In this document: positions 1 through 8,895 of the stretch, in pieces
Position numbering within the stretch: position 1 is the first letter of the stretch
Layout of the letters: every line of letters starts with the position of its first letter
From: a virus
Lineage: Duplodnaviria > Caudoviricetes
Reading direction: 5' to 3' (one strand)
IMG/VR virus record: IMGVR_UViG_3300025771_000033
Span: 1 to 56,111 of that record
Length of the DNA stretch: 56,111 nucleotides
Position numbers and translations under genes: made by a program
Notes under the pieces: generated by a model
What the model was told of the DNA's origin: nothing
The model's database searches: none
The model's input: only the letters and a program-made list of their open reading frames with translations

Positions 1-64
1 AAACGCTAGTGCAATGCGTGAAGATGCCGTTTGGAATGCAACCAATAGTCAAATGGAGGACTAA

Positions 65-733
65 ATGTTTCACATCACGCCCAAATCAAAGAATGCCAAA
101 GTAGGCAAGATGGCGGTGACCACTAGTACTGCGACAACATGTCCCAGCGCATGTCCATTCAAAGATAATGGATGCTATGCGGAGAGTGGACCGCTGAAGC
201 TGCACTGGCTCAAAGTCACCGAAGGTGAGCGTGGCGATGATTGGTCTACATTTCTTGACAAGATCAAAGACATGCCGGAGGGTAGCAAGTGGCGACACAA
301 TCAAGCTGGCGACCTGCCGGGTGACACAAAAGACCTTGACAGCGCTAAGTGCGCTGATCTTGCCAAAGCTAATGAGGGCAAGCGTGGGTTTACATACACA
401 CACTATGACGTACTGGACAACTTCCAGAATGCCATAACTGTCAATATTATGAATCACTTAGGCTTCACTGTTAATGTGTCGGCTAATAATCTTGATCATG
501 CAGACCAGCTATGCGATCTTGACATAGCTCCGGTGGCAACTGTATTGCCGATTGAGCAGACAACCAACACTGTGACACCAAAAGGCAGGAAGGTTGTGGT
601 ATGTCCCGCCACCTACAAAGATGAAGTATCGTGTGCAGATTGTATGCTGTGCGAGAAGCGTGATCGTAAGGTTATCGTAGGCTTCCCGGCTCACGGTACA
701 AGCAAGAGGAAAGCATCAGCAATTGCCGCTTGA
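65..733 (+). CDS. Cys-rich phage protein, GP88-like (possible Fe-S/Zn binding)
   Basis: GGAGG RBS; motifs TCPSACP..GCYA, RHNQAGD, GFTYTH, CPA..CADCMLC. Confidence 0.6.
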   Translation: MFHITPKSKNAKVGKMAVTTSTATTCPSACPFKDNGCYAESGPLKLHWLKVTEGERGDDWSTFLDKIKDMPEGSKWRHNQAGDLPGDTKDLDSAKCADLAKANEGKRGFTYTHYDVLDNFQNAITVNIMNHLGFTVNVSANNLDHADQLCDLDIAPVATVLPIEQTTNTVTPKGRKVVVCPATYKDEVSCADCMLCEKRDRKVIVGFPAHGTSKRKASAIAA

Positions 734-734
734 C

Positions 735-787
735 TTAATAGGTGTTATGTAGTAGAGTATCTAACGATACTACATAACGCCTATTAA
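735..787 (+). repeat. Conserved bulged hairpin, copy A
   Basis: TTAATAGGTGTTATGTA-GTAGA-GTATC-TAAC-GATAC-TACATAACGCCTATTAA. Confidence 0.9.
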
Positions 788-822
788 TTATTCCATTATA
801 GGACTGTTTTTTGGAGATTGAC

Positions 823-1044
823 ATGAAGAAAGTTATCCACATAAACCAGCATGTTATCAAGAGTAACGCCAAGAGTGGCGAACGTGAGCCAGTGATAACC
901 GTAAAGACATACAAAGATAATAACTATGCTCACGAAGTTTATGTTGACGGACCATGTAAAATAGTATATAGTCCTGACAAGCCACTGAGTTGTGGTGCTA
1001 AAGTGTGGATCGAAACCGAAGCAGAGGTAAAGATAAATGAGTAA
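823..1044 (+). CDS. hypothetical phage protein
   Basis: GGAG RBS before ATG 823; KKVIHINQH...PLSCGAKVWIET resembles a common small phage family. Confidence 0.75.
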   Translation: MKKVIHINQHVIKSNAKSGEREPVITVKTYKDNNYAHEVYVDGPCKIVYSPDKPLSCGAKVWIETEAEVKINE

Positions 1045-1186
1045 CCATGAAAACGAAGCGATAAAAGAAGACATCTTTGATATGTGGCTGGAGCATCTGT
1101 GGCTGGATGGATGGGATAAAGACGATCTTGAAACCTACAAAGAAGCTGCACGTAGAACTGAATCAGAATGGCTGGAGATGAACTAA
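1037..1186 (+). CDS. small acidic hypothetical protein (49 aa, not in ORF track)
   Basis: MSNHENEAIKEDIF...EMN*; GAGG RBS; TAATG overlap with next gene. Confidence 0.65.
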   Translation: MSNHENEAIKEDIFDMWLEHLWLDGWDKDDLETYKEAARRTESEWLEMN

Positions 1187-1365
1187 TGAACGCACTACAC
1201 ATACACGGCGTAGAGAATATCAAAGTAAGGCAAGATAGCAGCTTTGATACCTTCACAACTGTAACCGTGACTGTTACGGATAGAGATAACAAACGCTTTG
1301 AATTACAGTTATTTACAGATAAAAACTTTGTACCTAACATGGAGGTAGAGCATGTCGATGATTGA
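1186..1365 (+). CDS. hypothetical protein
   Basis: GGAG RBS, start coupled to upstream stop. Confidence 0.65.
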   Translation: MNALHIHGVENIKVRQDSSFDTFTTVTVTVTDRDNKRFELQLFTDKNFVPNMEVEHVDD

Positions 1366-1567
1366 TTTCGTAGAGATAGAGCTTGGTGGTGACAAGTGGA
1401 AGATATCGTGGGACACTAGAACCCGTAAGAAGATTAAGACTAGAGGCGAAGAGGCTGGTCTTATGTATACGATATACTCTCTAAAAGACTTGACGCCAGC
1501 ACAGGCGTATGATATAGCTATGCTTCAACTTGAGTGGCTGAAAAAGGATCAGGTCTATGTTATCTAA
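1352..1567 (+). CDS. hypothetical protein
   Basis: GGAGG RBS, tightly packed early gene. Confidence 0.65.
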   Translation: MSMIDFVEIELGGDKWKISWDTRTRKKIKTRGEEAGLMYTIYSLKDLTPAQAYDIAMLQLEWLKKDQVYVI

Positions 1568-1739
1568 ACAAGAGTGGGACGAACTGCAACAGTTATCCTA
1601 CAATGTGATGCCACAGTGGTGGTATAATCTTGACGAGCGTGATGCTATGTATAAAGCATATGTAAAAGGACATCAGGAATGGGAGAAAAAAGAAAGCGTA
1701 AAGGTTCTGTGGGGAACTCCAAGCGTGGACATGGAGTGA
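1557..1739 (+). CDS. hypothetical protein
   Basis: Overlapping gene packing. Confidence 0.55.
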   Translation: MLSKQEWDELQQLSYNVMPQWWYNLDERDAMYKAYVKGHQEWEKKESVKVLWGTPSVDME

Positions 1740-1832
1740 AACGCAATCCCCATGCAAAGGTATTAGAGCAATACCTGTACCGCAATCGCATCCTTCCCAA
1801 TAAAAAGAAGGATGTTAAACCGGAGATAACTG

Positions 1833-2078
1833 ATGAGTAATGAAGCGAAGAAATACAACTGGTTTTATGGTGATAGTGTACAATACACTGTAGAAGAATA
1901 TATTAGTAAGATACACGAACTTATATCTAGTGCTACTAACCAAATGCAGGAATGTGATGGTGATCTATTCATGTCTGAGTATCAAAAACTTATACAGGGC
2001 GCACATAAGTTAAGCTACCTTAACGATCAAATGGGACAAGAAAAAGTAAGCCATCTTAAACTTCAACCAAAGGAATAA
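1833..2078 (+). CDS. hypothetical protein
   Basis: GGAG RBS. Confidence 0.65.
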   Translation: MSNEAKKYNWFYGDSVQYTVEEYISKIHELISSATNQMQECDGDLFMSEYQKLIQGAHKLSYLNDQMGQEKVSHLKLQPKE

Positions 2079-2080
2079 GA

Positions 2081-2617
2081 ATGAATATATTCTATCTACA
2101 TAAAAACCCAAAGACCTGTGCTGAGATGCACTGCGACAAGCATGTGGTCAAGATGATCTTGGAATATGCACAGCTACTTAGCACAGCGCATCGTGTACTG
2201 GATGGCGACGAGTGGGCAGATCGTGTAGGCTTATATAAAGCAACGCACAAGAACCATCCGTCTGCTGTGTGGGCCAGAGAGTCGGCAGGTAATTATTTCT
2301 GGTTGAATAAATTGTTTCAAGAACTATGTAAGGAGTACACCAAACGCTATGATAAAATACATGGCAGTCAAATCAGATTGGGCGACTACTTATATGTATT
2401 GCCAAGCTCTTTGAATGAAGGCTTTGAAGGCATTGAGACAGGCTTAACAGAGCCGCCGCAGTGTATGCCTGATTACTGTAAAGCAGAAGGTGATGCCGTC
2501 ATGGGGTATCGTAACTACTATATCAGAGAGAAGTCATACATGGCACATTGGAACTTTACACCGGAGCCGGTATGGTATACCATTGGCATGGCAGCAGAGG
2601 TGGCGAAGGTAGCATGA
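2081..2617 (+). CDS. pyrimidine-dimer DNA glycosylase / endonuclease V-like protein
   Basis: MNIFYL..CDKHVVKMILEYAQLLSTAH, YKATHKNHPSAVWAR, PPQCMPD, YRNYY motifs. Confidence 0.75.
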   Translation: MNIFYLHKNPKTCAEMHCDKHVVKMILEYAQLLSTAHRVLDGDEWADRVGLYKATHKNHPSAVWARESAGNYFWLNKLFQELCKEYTKRYDKIHGSQIRLGDYLYVLPSSLNEGFEGIETGLTEPPQCMPDYCKAEGDAVMGYRNYYIREKSYMAHWNFTPEPVWYTIGMAAEVAKVA

Positions 2618-2650
2618 ACGCATTGTATGATATAATAGAGGAACAAGAAT

Positions 2651-2872
2651 ATGGAAATGAAAGTGTTCGATCAGGTCTACAACGAACTAACACTGCTACA
2701 ACAGGAGGACGTGGACGACCTAAGCATAGCCGAGCAGTCCCTGATGGCGGCTATGGTTTTTACTATGACTAATGCACCGTCCGTGCTAAACGGATTGTGC
2801 TTGATTTCTAACACCTTTAATGGTATACTAGCAGATTATACATTAAAAGATATCCAACTTGGAGGAGAGTAA
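2651..2872 (+). CDS. hypothetical protein
   Basis: GAGG RBS. Confidence 0.6.
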   Translation: MEMKVFDQVYNELTLLQQEDVDDLSIAEQSLMAAMVFTMTNAPSVLNGLCLISNTFNGILADYTLKDIQLGGE

Positions 2873-2873
2873 C

Positions 2874-3092
2874 ATGAATATTCCTGCGTTTAAAGACATC
2901 GAAGATGTTCAGAAGTTTCTTCGCTATGGTGGTGATGAGTGGTGTCGCCCTATGGTAGAGGAGTATATGGAACTTATTGCCTTTGATGCAAAGCCAGAGG
3001 ACATTGATATTGAAGAACTCAATGGCTGGCTTGAGCATGAACTGGTGTCTGTGACCGACGGCTACAGGGGTTGGGGCGATGAACACTGTTGA
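2874..3092 (+). CDS. hypothetical acidic protein
   Basis: GGAGAG RBS before ATG 2874. Confidence 0.6.
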   Translation: MNIPAFKDIEDVQKFLRYGGDEWCRPMVEEYMELIAFDAKPEDIDIEELNGWLEHELVSVTDGYRGWGDEHC

Positions 3093-3240
3093 AGCAATAG
3101 AGGAGACGCTAGAGATACTGAGCCAGCTTCAACTGAATGGCTCAGTAACGATGGAAGACAGTGACAAAGTGTCACAGTGCATCCAACAACTACATCAAAT
3201 CCGTTTCAACCTAAAGATGAGAGATAATCAAAATGTTTGA
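3079..3240 (+). CDS. small hypothetical protein (53 aa, not in ORF track)
   Basis: MNTVEAIEETLEIL...QNV*; fills the gap and overlaps both neighbours. Confidence 0.55.
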   Translation: MNTVEAIEETLEILSQLQLNGSVTMEDSDKVSQCIQQLHQIRFNLKMRDNQNV

Positions 3241-4093
3241 CCATGACAAACTTAACTTTTCTGTAGAGAAGTTTGACCTGCAAGACGTACCGACTGACAT
3301 TGGTGTGGGCTTGCGTCGTGTAGATACTGGACAGACACTAGCTATTGTATCTGATAGCTACGAACCTGTACAATATCTTGATATTGTGGAGAACCTTGAA
3401 CAGTCAATCAATATGTCAGGCATTGATCTAGAGGCTGCTAAATTTGAAACCAACGTCATCAATGATGGTATGCAGCTAGAGCTTACTGCTAAGTTCTTTG
3501 CGGAGTCCACAACCATTGATGGCAGGAACGATATGGTCACGCCGCAGTTCAAGTTTCGTACCAGCCACAACAGGACATGGGCTAACAACGGGATGATGGG
3601 ATACTTTCGTTCCGCATGTTATAATACTCTGGTTGACGGCAACAAGCTGGCGTATGTCTATGGCCGTCACTCTAAGAACTTCTCTGTGCCGAGCTTTGCA
3701 GGTAAGATCAGGGCAGCATCGGACTATATCTCCAACGCTGGTATAAATAAGATGCACCGCTGGTATCAGACCCCCGTGTCCAGAGATCAGGCTATCAATT
3801 TGTTTAGCCGTACACTGGCAAAGCGTCTGGACAACGTGACCAAAGCACAGGTACCTAACAAGGTGATGCTCTCCAACCTGATGAAAACATTTGACGAGGA
3901 GAACCGTCACATTATTGGGCGTGGCAACTATGAGAAGTATGGGGAGCGTACTGAAGGCACACTCTGGACTGCATATCAGGCTGCTACGGCATGGTCTACG
4001 CACGTACCAAAAGAGAACACCAGAGTCCTGCGTGAAGATAAAGTACGGAAGATGATGGACTCAACCCACTGGAAGGAACTGGAGAATGTCTAA
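3233..4093 (+). CDS. DUF932-like phage protein
   Basis: RVDTGQTLAIVSDSYEPVQ, SHN, R..CYN, GTLWTAYQAATAWSTH motifs. Confidence 0.7.
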   Translation: MFDHDKLNFSVEKFDLQDVPTDIGVGLRRVDTGQTLAIVSDSYEPVQYLDIVENLEQSINMSGIDLEAAKFETNVINDGMQLELTAKFFAESTTIDGRNDMVTPQFKFRTSHNRTWANNGMMGYFRSACYNTLVDGNKLAYVYGRHSKNFSVPSFAGKIRAASDYISNAGINKMHRWYQTPVSRDQAINLFSRTLAKRLDNVTKAQVPNKVMLSNLMKTFDEENRHIIGRGNYEKYGERTEGTLWTAYQAATAWSTHVPKENTRVLREDKVRKMMDSTHWKELENV

Positions 4094-4229
4094 GAAATCT
4101 GACGGCAAGTACGACCCGACACTACATCGAATCAAGAAGCGTACATCAATAGGGGCGGGAAATTTATCCCGTCCCAAAAACAAACACAAGAAACTTAACT
4201 GGAAAAAGTATAGAGGACAAGGTCGATGA
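4086..4229 (+). CDS. small basic protein ending YRGQGR (47 aa, not in ORF track)
   Basis: KKRTSIG..PKNKHKK..KKYRGQGR* resembles a common marine phage small-protein family. Confidence 0.7.
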   Translation: MSKKSDGKYDPTLHRIKKRTSIGAGNLSRPKNKHKKLNWKKYRGQGR

Positions 4230-4281
4230 ACTTAGACTTGATAAGAATACTTATTGATATATTGTTCGCAGGAGTAACGTA

Positions 4282-4479
4282 ATGTCCTACATCATAACTC
4301 AATCTGAAGACGACACAGTTACTGACATAGATAACTTTGATGTTATGATAGATCAGGAGAAGGAAGAAGTATATATCTTCGATCATTATGAGGATGCTGT
4401 CGCCTATCTTATGTGTCATGGTATACGAGAATTGTCTACAGGTTTTCCCTTCAATATAAAGATAGAGAAGTTACAATGA
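4282..4479 (+). CDS. hypothetical protein
   Basis: AGGAG RBS. Confidence 0.65.
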   Translation: MSYIITQSEDDTVTDIDNFDVMIDQEKEEVYIFDHYEDAVAYLMCHGIRELSTGFPFNIKIEKLQ

Positions 4480-4958
4480 AGTACATTGGTATTTTTCTAC
4501 TAGCTACCTTATTAGTAACTCTTAAAAGTGTAACTGTAAAAGCTGATGAACTATCATGTCTCGCAGAAGCAGTTTATTTTGAGGCACGTTCAGAACCGTT
4601 TGTTGCGCAGCTTGCGGTAGCTAATGTTATCCTTGCACGAGTAGAGTCGCATCGTTATCCAGATAACATCTGTGATGTAGTACATCAAGGAAAGAAGTGG
4701 AAAGGTAAACTTGTACGAAACAAATGTCAGTTCTCCTACTGGTGTGACGGTAAGCCGGAAACCATAGCCAATGTTGATGCTTATCGAGAGTCGGTCAGCG
4801 CAGCAGAGCTTGCTCTAAAAGGTGCTATTCTGAGTCAGACGGGAGGTGCTACTCATTACCATGCCGCCTACGTTACCCCTTATTGGGCAACCGATGAGGA
4901 CTTCATGGTGCTAGGGCAGGTTGGTAGTCACATCTTTTATCTTGACACTCGCAATTAA
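4476..4958 (+). CDS. cell wall hydrolase, SleB/Hydrolase_2 family, with N-terminal signal or TM segment
   Basis: CLAEAVYFEARSE, VANVILARV, CQFSYWCDG, GATHYHA, HIFY. Confidence 0.9.
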   Translation: MKYIGIFLLATLLVTLKSVTVKADELSCLAEAVYFEARSEPFVAQLAVANVILARVESHRYPDNICDVVHQGKKWKGKLVRNKCQFSYWCDGKPETIANVDAYRESVSAAELALKGAILSQTGGATHYHAAYVTPYWATDEDFMVLGQVGSHIFYLDTRN

Positions 4959-4970
4959 CAGGAGTATAAT
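4942..4970 (+). promoter_or_regulatory. sigma70-type promoter
   Basis: TTGACA-N17-TATAAT exact consensus. Confidence 0.7.
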
Positions 4971-5153
4971 ATGTCTGACAAACAGCTACAGTCCGCTTGG
5001 GAGACTCTAAACACCCATGTTAAACAACTGAAAGGTAGGGTAAGAGAACAGGAAAATACAATTAAACAATTAAGAGAAGAGTTAGCAAAAATAAAACAAA
5101 CAGAGGCAAATACCACATGGGTAGAACACGATGACAAAGGTGTACGACTTTGA
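4971..5153 (+). CDS. coiled-coil hypothetical protein
   Basis: AGGAG RBS; heptad pattern. Confidence 0.65.
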   Translation: MSDKQLQSAWETLNTHVKQLKGRVREQENTIKQLREELAKIKQTEANTTWVEHDDKGVRL

Positions 5154-5301
5154 TTGGCACCGACTACAGAAAGAAGATGTTCTAAGAAAAAGTCTTGGAT
5201 ATTCTGTAGAAGTCTGGCAGCTAATGAAAGAGTCAGGCTATAATGTTAATAGTGTTGAAGACAGGAACCAATTTTTCAAAGACCTAGAGGATTTAGACTG
5301 A
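5131..5301 (+). CDS. small hypothetical protein (56 aa, not in ORF track)
   Basis: MTKVYDFDWHRL...DLD*; TGATG coupling to next gene. Confidence 0.6.
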   Translation: MTKVYDFDWHRLQKEDVLRKSLGYSVEVWQLMKESGYNVNSVEDRNQFFKDLEDLD

Positions 5302-5486
5302 TGAGCAGAAACCTTTGGCAGAAAGAACGAAAAGAATTGTTTCGTTCACTGGTGGGACAGTACAAGTCCGAAGGCTATAACGACAAAGAAGCAAAGAGGC
5401 TGGCCCGACTAGAGGCTGACGAGATTATGGACGACAAAGAAAGTTTCATAGAAAATATCTGGGAGGAAGCCTACGATGACAGTTGA
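5301..5486 (+). CDS. hypothetical protein
   Basis: GAGG RBS, coupled start. Confidence 0.65.
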   Translation: MSRNLWQKERKELFRSLVGQYKSEGYNDKEAKRLARLEADEIMDDKESFIENIWEEAYDDS

Positions 5487-6108
5487 ACTGATTGATCACA
5501 TGGGTAGTGATCTATCTGTGGTTAACGCAGCAAGAGTTAGCTTCAATAAGGAGAGCAAGGAACTGTCAGACGGAGACACTAAACTAATACAGTATCTAGC
5601 AAAGCATAATCACTGGACACCCTTTGGTCATGCCTCCGCACAGTTCAGGATTAAAGCTCCTGTCTTTGTAGCACGTCAGTTGATGAAGCATCAGGTAGGT
5701 CTGGTCTGGAACGAGGTCAGCCGCCGCTACATTAAGACAGAGCCAGAGTTCTGGAAGCCTGACTACTGGCGGCAAGCGTCCGACGATATCAAGCAGGGTT
5801 CGCTCAGAAAGAGAGTGGCCTCGCAGTCTGTGATGGATCATATGTTCAGTGATGCGGAACGCCACTGTGCCGATGCTTACAAAGCTATGATTGACTCCGG
5901 TGTATGTGCAGAACAAGCCAGAGCAATACTACCACAAAGTCTATTGACAGAGTGGTACTGGTCTGGTACACTTATGGCTTTCGCTAGAGTTGTTAAGTTA
6001 CGCAACGCCAAAGATGCACAGCTAGAGACGAGAGAGATTGCAAAGGAGATTGATACTCACATGAATGAACTTTTTCCTGTATCATGGAGTGCGTTATGTG
6101 GAAGCTAA
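5476..6108 (+). CDS. thyX: flavin-dependent thymidylate synthase
   Basis: VNAARVS, HWTPF, APVFVARQLMKH, NEVSRRY, EQARAILP, AQLETRE. Confidence 0.95.
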   Translation: MTVELIDHMGSDLSVVNAARVSFNKESKELSDGDTKLIQYLAKHNHWTPFGHASAQFRIKAPVFVARQLMKHQVGLVWNEVSRRYIKTEPEFWKPDYWRQASDDIKQGSLRKRVASQSVMDHMFSDAERHCADAYKAMIDSGVCAEQARAILPQSLLTEWYWSGTLMAFARVVKLRNAKDAQLETREIAKEIDTHMNELFPVSWSALCGS

Positions 6109-6254
6109 TATTGAAGAAGGAGTTTGGTGATGTGGTTGTCAAGAATTTTCGCACGAAAAAAGAAGCCGAGGAAGAGCTTCGAAACAGAGACAACCTCACT
6201 CAACATCTTACCCACAAATCTGCAAGAGGAGTATATGAAATCCAAAAAGGATAA
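6096..6254 (+). CDS. small hypothetical protein (52 aa, not in ORF track)
   Basis: GGAG RBS; MWKLILKKEF...QKG*. Confidence 0.5.
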   Translation: MWKLILKKEFGDVVVKNFRTKKEAEEELRNRDNLTQHLTHKSARGVYEIQKG

Positions 6255-6258
6255 AGAG

Positions 6259-6447
6259 ATGGAAGTTCTTATTGAAGTATATAAACCAAAGACACGAGGT
6301 AAAATGCAAACATCTTTCAAAGCAGCATGGCGTAAGCTTGAAAGAGTTGACCAGATTGAAACGCTGATATCACTGGAGAAGGAGTTAGCAGCAGAGCGAA
6401 GAGAAATATCTTTGGAACTGTATCAAAATAGCAAAGGTAAATGGTAA
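6259..6447 (+). CDS. hypothetical protein
   Basis: C-terminal part of track ORF 6124..6447, start moved to ATG 6259. Confidence 0.5.
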   Translation: MEVLIEVYKPKTRGKMQTSFKAAWRKLERVDQIETLISLEKELAAERREISLELYQNSKGKW

Positions 6448-6449
6448 AC

Positions 6450-6501
6450 TTAATTGAGTCTTAGTAGTGAAGTTTCTACGAAACTACTAAGGCTCAATTA
6501 A
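6450..6501 (+). repeat. Conserved bulged hairpin, copy B
   Basis: TTAATTGAGTCTTAGTA-GTGAA-GTTTC-TAC-GAAAC-TACTAAGGCTCAATTAA. Confidence 0.9.
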
Positions 6502-6514
6502 TTTGGAGAAGTTT

Positions 6515-8140
6515 ATGGAAAACAAAACGCACCAACCCTGCCCCGACTGCGGATCATCCGACGCACTAGCGTACTACGATTGGGGTACAAAATGTTTTAG
6601 CTGCGATGAAGCGAAACCCTACAAGAATGGAAACCAAATGCAACACACACCTGCACCCAAAAAGATTGTTAACATGAACCAGCAAGCTAAGAACTTTATT
6701 GTTTCTGATATTCCTGATCGTAAGATTACTTTAGATACCTGTAAGCGTTATGGTGTGTCGGTTGTCAAGGACGGCAACATGGTCACCGAACACATGTACA
6801 AGTATTACGACAAGAACAGCAACCACATCGGAACTAAGTTCCGCCGCACCAGCGACAAGCAGTTCTGGTCGGAGGGCAACTTGTCAGATGCAGGACTGTT
6901 TGGTCAGAACATCTTTGGTCAGGCAGGTAAGTTCATTACCGTATGTGAGGGCGAGCTTGATGCGATGAGTGCGTATCAGCTTCTTGGGTCGAAGTGGCCG
7001 GTCGTATCTATCAAGAATGGCGCACAGTCTGCGCTGAAGAACTGCCGTCAGGCGCTGGACTATCTCAATAAGTTTGATACGATTGTTCTGTGCTTTGACA
7101 ACGACCAGCAAGGTAAAGATGCACAGCAGGCTGTGGCAAAGCTGTTCGAGCCTAACAAGTGTAAGATCATGAGCCTCGAACTGAAGGATGCTAACGAGTA
7201 TCTGAAGGTCGGTCAGCGTGAGAAGTTCGTGCAGACATGGTGGAACGCACAGACCTACACACCAGCAGGTATTATCAACCTTGCTGATCTTGGTCGCAGC
7301 TTGTACGAAGAGACGCACAATCAGACCTGTCCTTACCCGTGGTCAAAGCTGAACGAGAAGACGTATGGTATGCGTACCGGAGAGCTTATCACGTTTACTT
7401 CTGGCGCTGGTATGGGCAAGTCCAGTATCATGCGTGAGCTAATGTATCACCTGATGCACAATACTGAGGAGAACATTGGCGTCCTTGCAATGGAGGAGAA
7501 CACTAAGCAGACTGCGTTCAATCTCATGAGTGTGGAAGCTAATGCACGTCTGTACATCAAGGAGATTCGTGAACAGTACACACAAGAACAGCTTGATGAG
7601 TGGCAAGAAAAGACGCTCGGCACCGGCAGGTTCTATGTGTTCGATCACTTCGGAAGCATGGACAACGATGAGATTCTCAACCGTGTACGGTACATGGCAA
7701 AGGCTCTCAACACCAAGTGGATTATTCTTGACCATCTTTCTATTCTTGTGTCCGGTCAGGAAGACAACGGCGACGAGCGTAAGTCTATTGATATTCTCAT
7801 GACCAAGCTACGCTCTCTGGTTGAGGAGACGCAGATTGGTTTGCTTCTTGTCTCACACCTACGTCGCCCCGCCGGTGATCGTGGGCATGAGGATGGTCGT
7901 GAGATTACTCTGTCACATCTACGTGGGTCTGCATCCATTGCACATCTGTCTGATGCTGTGCTTGCTCTGGAGCGTAACCAACAGGCAGAGGATGAGGTAG
8001 AGGCAAACACTACTACGATTCGCATTCTCAAGAACAGGTATACTGGTGAGACGGGCATTGCTTGCTACTTGCATTACGACTCCAACACTGGTAGAATGAC
8101 GCAGGTAGATAACCCATTCGTGGAGGACGAAGATGAATAA
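6515..8140 (+). CDS. T7 gp4-like DNA primase-helicase
   Basis: Zn finger CPDC..CFSC, TOPRIM EGELDA and FDND, Walker A GAGMGKS, ILDHL, LRGS, KNRYTG. Confidence 0.97.
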   Translation: MENKTHQPCPDCGSSDALAYYDWGTKCFSCDEAKPYKNGNQMQHTPAPKKIVNMNQQAKNFIVSDIPDRKITLDTCKRYGVSVVKDGNMVTEHMYKYYDKNSNHIGTKFRRTSDKQFWSEGNLSDAGLFGQNIFGQAGKFITVCEGELDAMSAYQLLGSKWPVVSIKNGAQSALKNCRQALDYLNKFDTIVLCFDNDQQGKDAQQAVAKLFEPNKCKIMSLELKDANEYLKVGQREKFVQTWWNAQTYTPAGIINLADLGRSLYEETHNQTCPYPWSKLNEKTYGMRTGELITFTSGAGMGKSSIMRELMYHLMHNTEENIGVLAMEENTKQTAFNLMSVEANARLYIKEIREQYTQEQLDEWQEKTLGTGRFYVFDHFGSMDNDEILNRVRYMAKALNTKWIILDHLSILVSGQEDNGDERKSIDILMTKLRSLVEETQIGLLLVSHLRRPAGDRGHEDGREITLSHLRGSASIAHLSDAVLALERNQQAEDEVEANTTTIRILKNRYTGETGIACYLHYDSNTGRMTQVDNPFVEDEDE

Positions 8141-8414
8141 ACAAGATAATCTAGAGCCACTTTGGAATAGACATAATAAAGACTACGGATTTGAAGAAGA
8201 GTCTTATGTTCTAACAATCAAACTGGTAGGTACAGTTATGGGTACAGGAATATCAGAAGAACATGCTCTTTCTAAAATACAGAAAATGTTCTATTCTCAA
8301 CTAGGAGGAAAAGATATAATTGATTTGTTTACTAAACTAAATGAAAGTGAAGTAGGCATTGGATTTGAAGCGAAACACTTCCCACATGAAGATTGGATGG
8401 ACGAAGATGTCTGA
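8133..8414 (+). CDS. hypothetical protein
   Basis: GGAGG RBS, overlaps neighbours. Confidence 0.6.
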   Translation: MNKQDNLEPLWNRHNKDYGFEEESYVLTIKLVGTVMGTGISEEHALSKIQKMFYSQLGGKDIIDLFTKLNESEVGIGFEAKHFPHEDWMDEDV

Positions 8415-8895
8415 GGTTAAAAAGAAGTTTGACAAAGCATTGTATGATGTAGCCGATAAGGCTGCGAAAGATGCTATGGTTACGTGGTTAAAACAAAATG
8501 ATCACAACAATATAGATACTAATGAAACAACTTACTTTGATATTGTCAGCACTGTGTCACCCGACTTACCCCGACATTTGTACGAGGTAGAGGTAAAGTA
8601 TTCATGGAAAACTCCTTGGCCCGACTCGTGGGCTGAGATACGAATACCATATAGAAAGAAAAGATTGCTTGACAAATGGAAGAAAGAATGCGATAATGAT
8701 CTCCTTACATTCGTGGTCTTTCGTAACGACTGCACACAGGCATGGTTCATTGACGGCGACACTGTGCTAAACTCAGAAGTTAAGGAAGTTTCCAACCGCA
8801 ACATCAGGAAGGGCGAACAATTCTTTCACATACCAACAGCAGATGCATACCTAGTGGATATGAAAAATGAAAGCAGTAGTGGACATAGAGACTGA
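8407..8895 (+). CDS. putative PD-(D/E)XK-fold protein
   Basis: FDIV...YEVEVK pattern. Confidence 0.5.
   Translation: MSEVKKKFDKALYDVADKAAKDAMVTWLKQNDHNNIDTNETTYFDIVSTVSPDLPRHLYEVEVKYSWKTPWPDSWAEIRIPYRKKRLLDKWKKECDNDLLTFVVFRNDCTQAWFIDGDTVLNSEVKEVSNRNIRKGEQFFHIPTADAYLVDMKNESSSGHRD

Noticed and set aside
730-758. TTGACT-N17-TAGAGT promoter as the explanation for the hairpin family
   Set aside because: The -35 is present only at copy A, where it overlaps a stop codon; copy E has TAGAGT but no -35.
6638-6680. Internal helicase-only start as in T7 gp4B
   Set aside because: In-frame ATGs follow the Zn finger but lack a convincing SD sequence.
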